Positions 7,042 to 9,744 of a stretch of 9,744 nucleotides of DNA are shown here, in pieces. Within the stretch, counting starts at the first letter, position 1, and the number at the start of each line of letters is the position of its first letter. A program made the translations under genes and the position numbers. Origin of the DNA: Octopus sinensis (Eukaryota); assembly GCF_006345805.1 (NCBI RefSeq), contig NW_021827788.1, forward strand, positions 1-9,744, read 5' to 3'. The notes beneath the pieces were generated by a model, which saw only the letters and a list, made by a program, of their open reading frames with translations, made no database searches and had not been told where the DNA came from.

Positions 7042-7262
7042 CCCTTTAGTGTTCAGATTACTCTGTTAAATGTAATGCTTTGTTATTTAAATTGTTTTGA
7101 ATTAATCATGCATTAACTTATAGGTTTGAGGTTTCAATGATATGATTGCTTATTTTTAGACTGTCACTGTAGGTTAGGTGTGAGAGGCTAGATATGGCCA
7201 GTTTGAATATAAAGTATGTAGAATATATTGGGCCGGATTTGGCCAGTTTAAACACTAAAGAG
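7042..7262. mobile_element. 221-bp piggyBac-type MITE
   Basis: TTAA at 7038-7041 and 7263-7266. TIR CCCTTTAGTGTT / AACACTAAAGAG (11/12). Subterminal direct repeats TGGCCAGTTT near the right end. Confidence 0.85.
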
Positions 7263-7270
7263 TTAAGTCA

Positions 7271-7614
7271 GCGCTAGAAGAAAAGCGACCATCATTGGTT
7301 TCAAGATGAAAGATGTTCTTCCATCAGGATAATGCTTTGCGAGGATCACATCCCAGCGAGGATCACATCCCAAAAGCTGGAGCAGTTTGAATGGGAAATC
7401 ATACCCTACCCACCATATTAGCCGTATGTTGCCCCATCTGATTCATTCATTCCGCAGTCTTCAAAATCATTTGGACGGAAAAAATATGAATTCTGTAATA
7501 GCGGAGAATTATTTTTTGTCACGGACAAGTGAATTTTGGAAGAGGGGCCTTGCAAGTCCACTACATAGATGGAAGAGCATGGTAGAAAATGAAAGAGAGT
7601 ATATTTTAGATTAA
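7271..7614 (+). pseudogene. Mariner (DD34D-type) transposase C-terminal remnant
   Basis: Reading across frameshifts gives ALEEKRP...FFHQDNA (second catalytic D at 7328), ARITSQKLEQFEWEIIPYPPY*PYVAPSD (decayed YSPDLAPSD, third D at 7440) and FRSLQNHLDGK...RWKSMVENEREYILD*. It contains stops, frameshifts and a 17-bp tandem duplication (7339-7355/7356-7372). Confidence 0.92.
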
Positions 7615-7804
7615 AAAACACTTTATTACGTTTATATATTTGTCGTGCAAAATATTTTATGTGAAGTCGTGTGTTGAAACAGACATTGTTGTATTTCGGA
7701 ATGGTCATTTTGCCAGTTTAGCCAATAAAAACACACGCACTATATATTTGGTGTTACTTTGCTTCAGTGTTATCTATTTTTTACATTAATCTTAATCTTA
7801 TTTC

Positions 7805-7849
7805 GGCCAGAGTTCTTTCGTCACACTCCTGTGACCGCATCAGTGATCC
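7805..7849 (-). ncRNA. Hammerhead-like motif, minus-strand copy in the left arm
   Basis: Minus-strand reading: GGAUCA CUGAUG CG GUCACA-GGAG-UGUGAC GAA AG-AA-CU C UGGCC. Confidence 0.4.
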
Positions 7850-7907
7850 TTTACTTTCTTCTTCCTTATTTGTGTGTCTCTCCTTAAATAAGAAAGAAGA
7901 AAGCAAA

Positions 7908-7951
7908 GGACCACTGATGCGGTCACAGGATGTGACGAAAGAACTCTGGCT
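7908..7951 (+). ncRNA. Hammerhead-like motif, plus-strand copy in the right arm
   Basis: GGACCA CUGAUG(7914-7919) CG GUCACA-GGA-UGUGAC(7922-7936) GAA AG-AA-CU C(7946) UGGCU. Helix I is 5 bp with one bulge, helix II is 6 bp, and canonical A9 is absent. Confidence 0.4.
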
Positions 7952-8070
7952 GAAATAAGATAAAGATTAATGTAAAAAATAAATAACACTGAAGCAAAGT
8001 AACACCAAATATATAGTGCGTGTGATTTTATTGGCTAAACTGGCAAAATGACCATTCCGAAATACAACAA

Positions 8071-8153
8071 TAAAAAAAACTTTGTTTATCTTAATTCTGA
8101 AAAAATAAAAGAAGTTTAAAAAACACCCACATTATTTATAGGATGACCCAGTA
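8071..8153 (+). mobile_element. Mariner 3' UTR and right TIR with TA target site
   Basis: The reverse complement TA-CTGGGTCATCCTATAAATAATGTGGG resembles mariner TIRs (TA-TTAGGTTGGTGCAAAAGTAATTGCGG type). It lies where the interrupted transposase remnant should resume. Confidence 0.65.
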
Positions 8154-8329
8154 TTTATGTATTTACACTCTGCGCGGAACCCGGTCGAATTTTTCGTGCG
8201 TCACCCTGTATAATTTTATCAGTAAATATGTTTAAATAAGCACGCGCGTCCCCGCGCACACATATGTGCAGGGAACGAAACGCTCAGTTTTTGAGTCACT
8301 TATATAAATTTATACCTGAATAAAAATAT

Positions 8330-8405
8330 AAATACATGCATACGTTCATACATAGAAACACACACGCACATGTGTGTGTGTGATTATACTTTATACACAT
8401 GTGTT

Positions 8406-8452
<47 letters not shown>

Positions 8453-8507
8453 ACATGTGTATATAAGTATAATCACATACACACACGTGTGCGTGTGTTT
8501 TTCTATG

Positions 8508-8538
<31 letters not shown>

Positions 8539-8760
8539 ATGAACAAGCACACATCATTTTCATTTGTGTTTCATACACGCACACATAGACAGACAGACAG
8601 ACACACACATACACACACTCACACACACAGACACACACACACACACAACACATATATATATATATATATTTATAGATAAAAAAGCACTGACACAGCCACA
8701 ACACACACGAAACACGCATACAAACATACATATTTAAATACATATGGAAATAGAACCATA

Positions 8761-8791
<31 letters not shown>

Positions 8792-8870
8792 ACATACATA
8801 CATACATACATACATTCATACATACATCCATCCATACATACATACATACATACACACACACTCATATACC
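8330..8870. repeat. Compound (TA)n/(CA)n/(CAGA)n/(CATA)n microsatellite block, including a palindrome at 8348-8510
   Basis: Direct reading; source of ORFs 8405-8815 and 8670-8861. Confidence 0.9.
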
Positions 8871-8874
8871 AATA

Positions 8875-9075
8875 TCACCACTACCATCATCACCCTAACT
8901 GCCTCCACCATCACCACCACTATCATTACCACCGCCACAACCACCACCACCTCCGCCGCCGCCGCCACCACCACCACCACCACCACCACCACCACCACCA
9001 CCACCATAAGCGCCACCACCACCACCACCATAAGCGCCACCACCACCACCACCACCACGAGTATCATCATCACTC
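8875..9075. repeat. Degenerate (CAC)n/(CGC)n trinucleotide repeat with a duplicated 24-bp variant unit
   Basis: CAC units throughout; CATAAGCG at 9005-9012 and 9029-9036 (period 24). Confidence 0.9.
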
Positions 9076-9577
9076 ATCAGCATTGACCTACGCCAAACAA
9101 TGGTGGGAAAAAGATTTGCGAATTAGAATCATGAAGCAGACATGTTATGGTTATAATTCTTGGGAAGAATGTGGTTTAAGATTTCTTTCGAAGCCTGCTT
9201 CTATTGCGTAAGAAGCACTGCCTGTTTTCATAGCTAAAATGTTGACATTATGAATAAAATATGCCGGCCTTCTGGAGGGTCCTTCTGGTAAGGGGGAGAA
9301 ACCACGTAGGGATTTTAAACTTGACACGAAGACATTTTGTTTGTGCCATTGATATTTGGTAAATTAGCTTTGGGGTCACAATGTCACATTTCTGTTTCTT
9401 CTTAAAAAAGAAAAAAGAAAAAACAAAAACAAAGCTTCTGATCTTGCATAGTTAACAGAAACTTTTGTTTCTCGGGCTGACGAAAGAGGTTCTATGTTGC
9501 TGTTCGACTTGCTAAAACTAGCAACCAAAATCTTCCATTGTTACTATAGGACACTATTACGGTCTTAAAAGAAAAGG

Positions 9578-9744
9578 GGCGGCGAGCTGGCAGAAACGTT
9601 AGCACACCGAGCGAAATGCTTAGCGGTATTTCGTCTGCCGTTACGTTCTGAGTTCAAATTCCGCCGAGGTCGACTTTGCCTTTCATCCTTTCGGAGGTCG
9701 ATAAATTAAGTACCAGTTACGCACTGGGGTCGATGTAATCGACT
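9578..9744 (+). mobile_element. SINE family B, well-preserved copy cut off by the window edge
   Basis: GGCGGCGAGCTGGCAGAAACG head, B box GAGTTCAAATTCC (9650-9662) and Deu/Nin-like GAGGTCGACTTTGCCTTTCATCCTTTCGGAGGTCGATAAATTAAGTACCAG. Confidence 0.92.

Larger units (their letters stand above)
7625..8070. mobile_element. Fold-back insertion in the mariner 3' UTR; palindrome at 7685-8071
   Basis: Arms 7685-7871 and 7886-8071 are inverted copies with 7 substitutions and 1 indel (hand alignment) and a 14-nt loop. Flanked by TAAAAAACACTTT (7612-7624) / TAAAAAAAACTTT (8071-8083), 12/13. There is a 60-bp unpaired left extension. Confidence 0.88.

Noticed and set aside
8170-8210. CACCCTG-TA resembling a Tc1-type right end
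   Set aside because: No matching left TIR in the window; too short to support a call.
9455-9495. GAAAC-TTTT-GTTTC hairpin followed by CTGACGA (type-II hammerhead order)
   Set aside because: Helix I would be about 2 bp and no helix II can form from the flanks.

Overview
Non-coding, AT-rich, repeat-dense eukaryotic genomic DNA. The SINE families and (TA)n/(CA)n/(TACA)n microsatellite load look like Octopus or another coleoid cephalopod; this is recognition from memory, not a database search. I find no intact host protein-coding gene. Most listed ORFs are translations of microsatellites or repeats. The window holds three tRNA-derived SINE families (called A, B and C here), and several copies have readable target-site duplications (TSDs). 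They include a head-to-head B pair nested inside an inverted A pair, a head-to-tail C trimer and a B dimer. Also present are a GG...CC MITE with 29-bp TIRs, an 8-bp TSD and internal telomeric repeats (Merlin-like), a TTAA piggyBac-type MITE, and a decayed mariner transposase 3' end. A 387-bp near-perfect palindrome interrupts that mariner just after its stop codon. The most interesting signal is a set of minimal type-I hammerhead-ribozyme-like motifs with non-canonical cores: one at 716-757 (+) and a mirror pair inside the palindrome (7908-7951 + and 7805-7849 -). They point to Penelope-like or retrozyme-like retroelements. None has been tested for activity.
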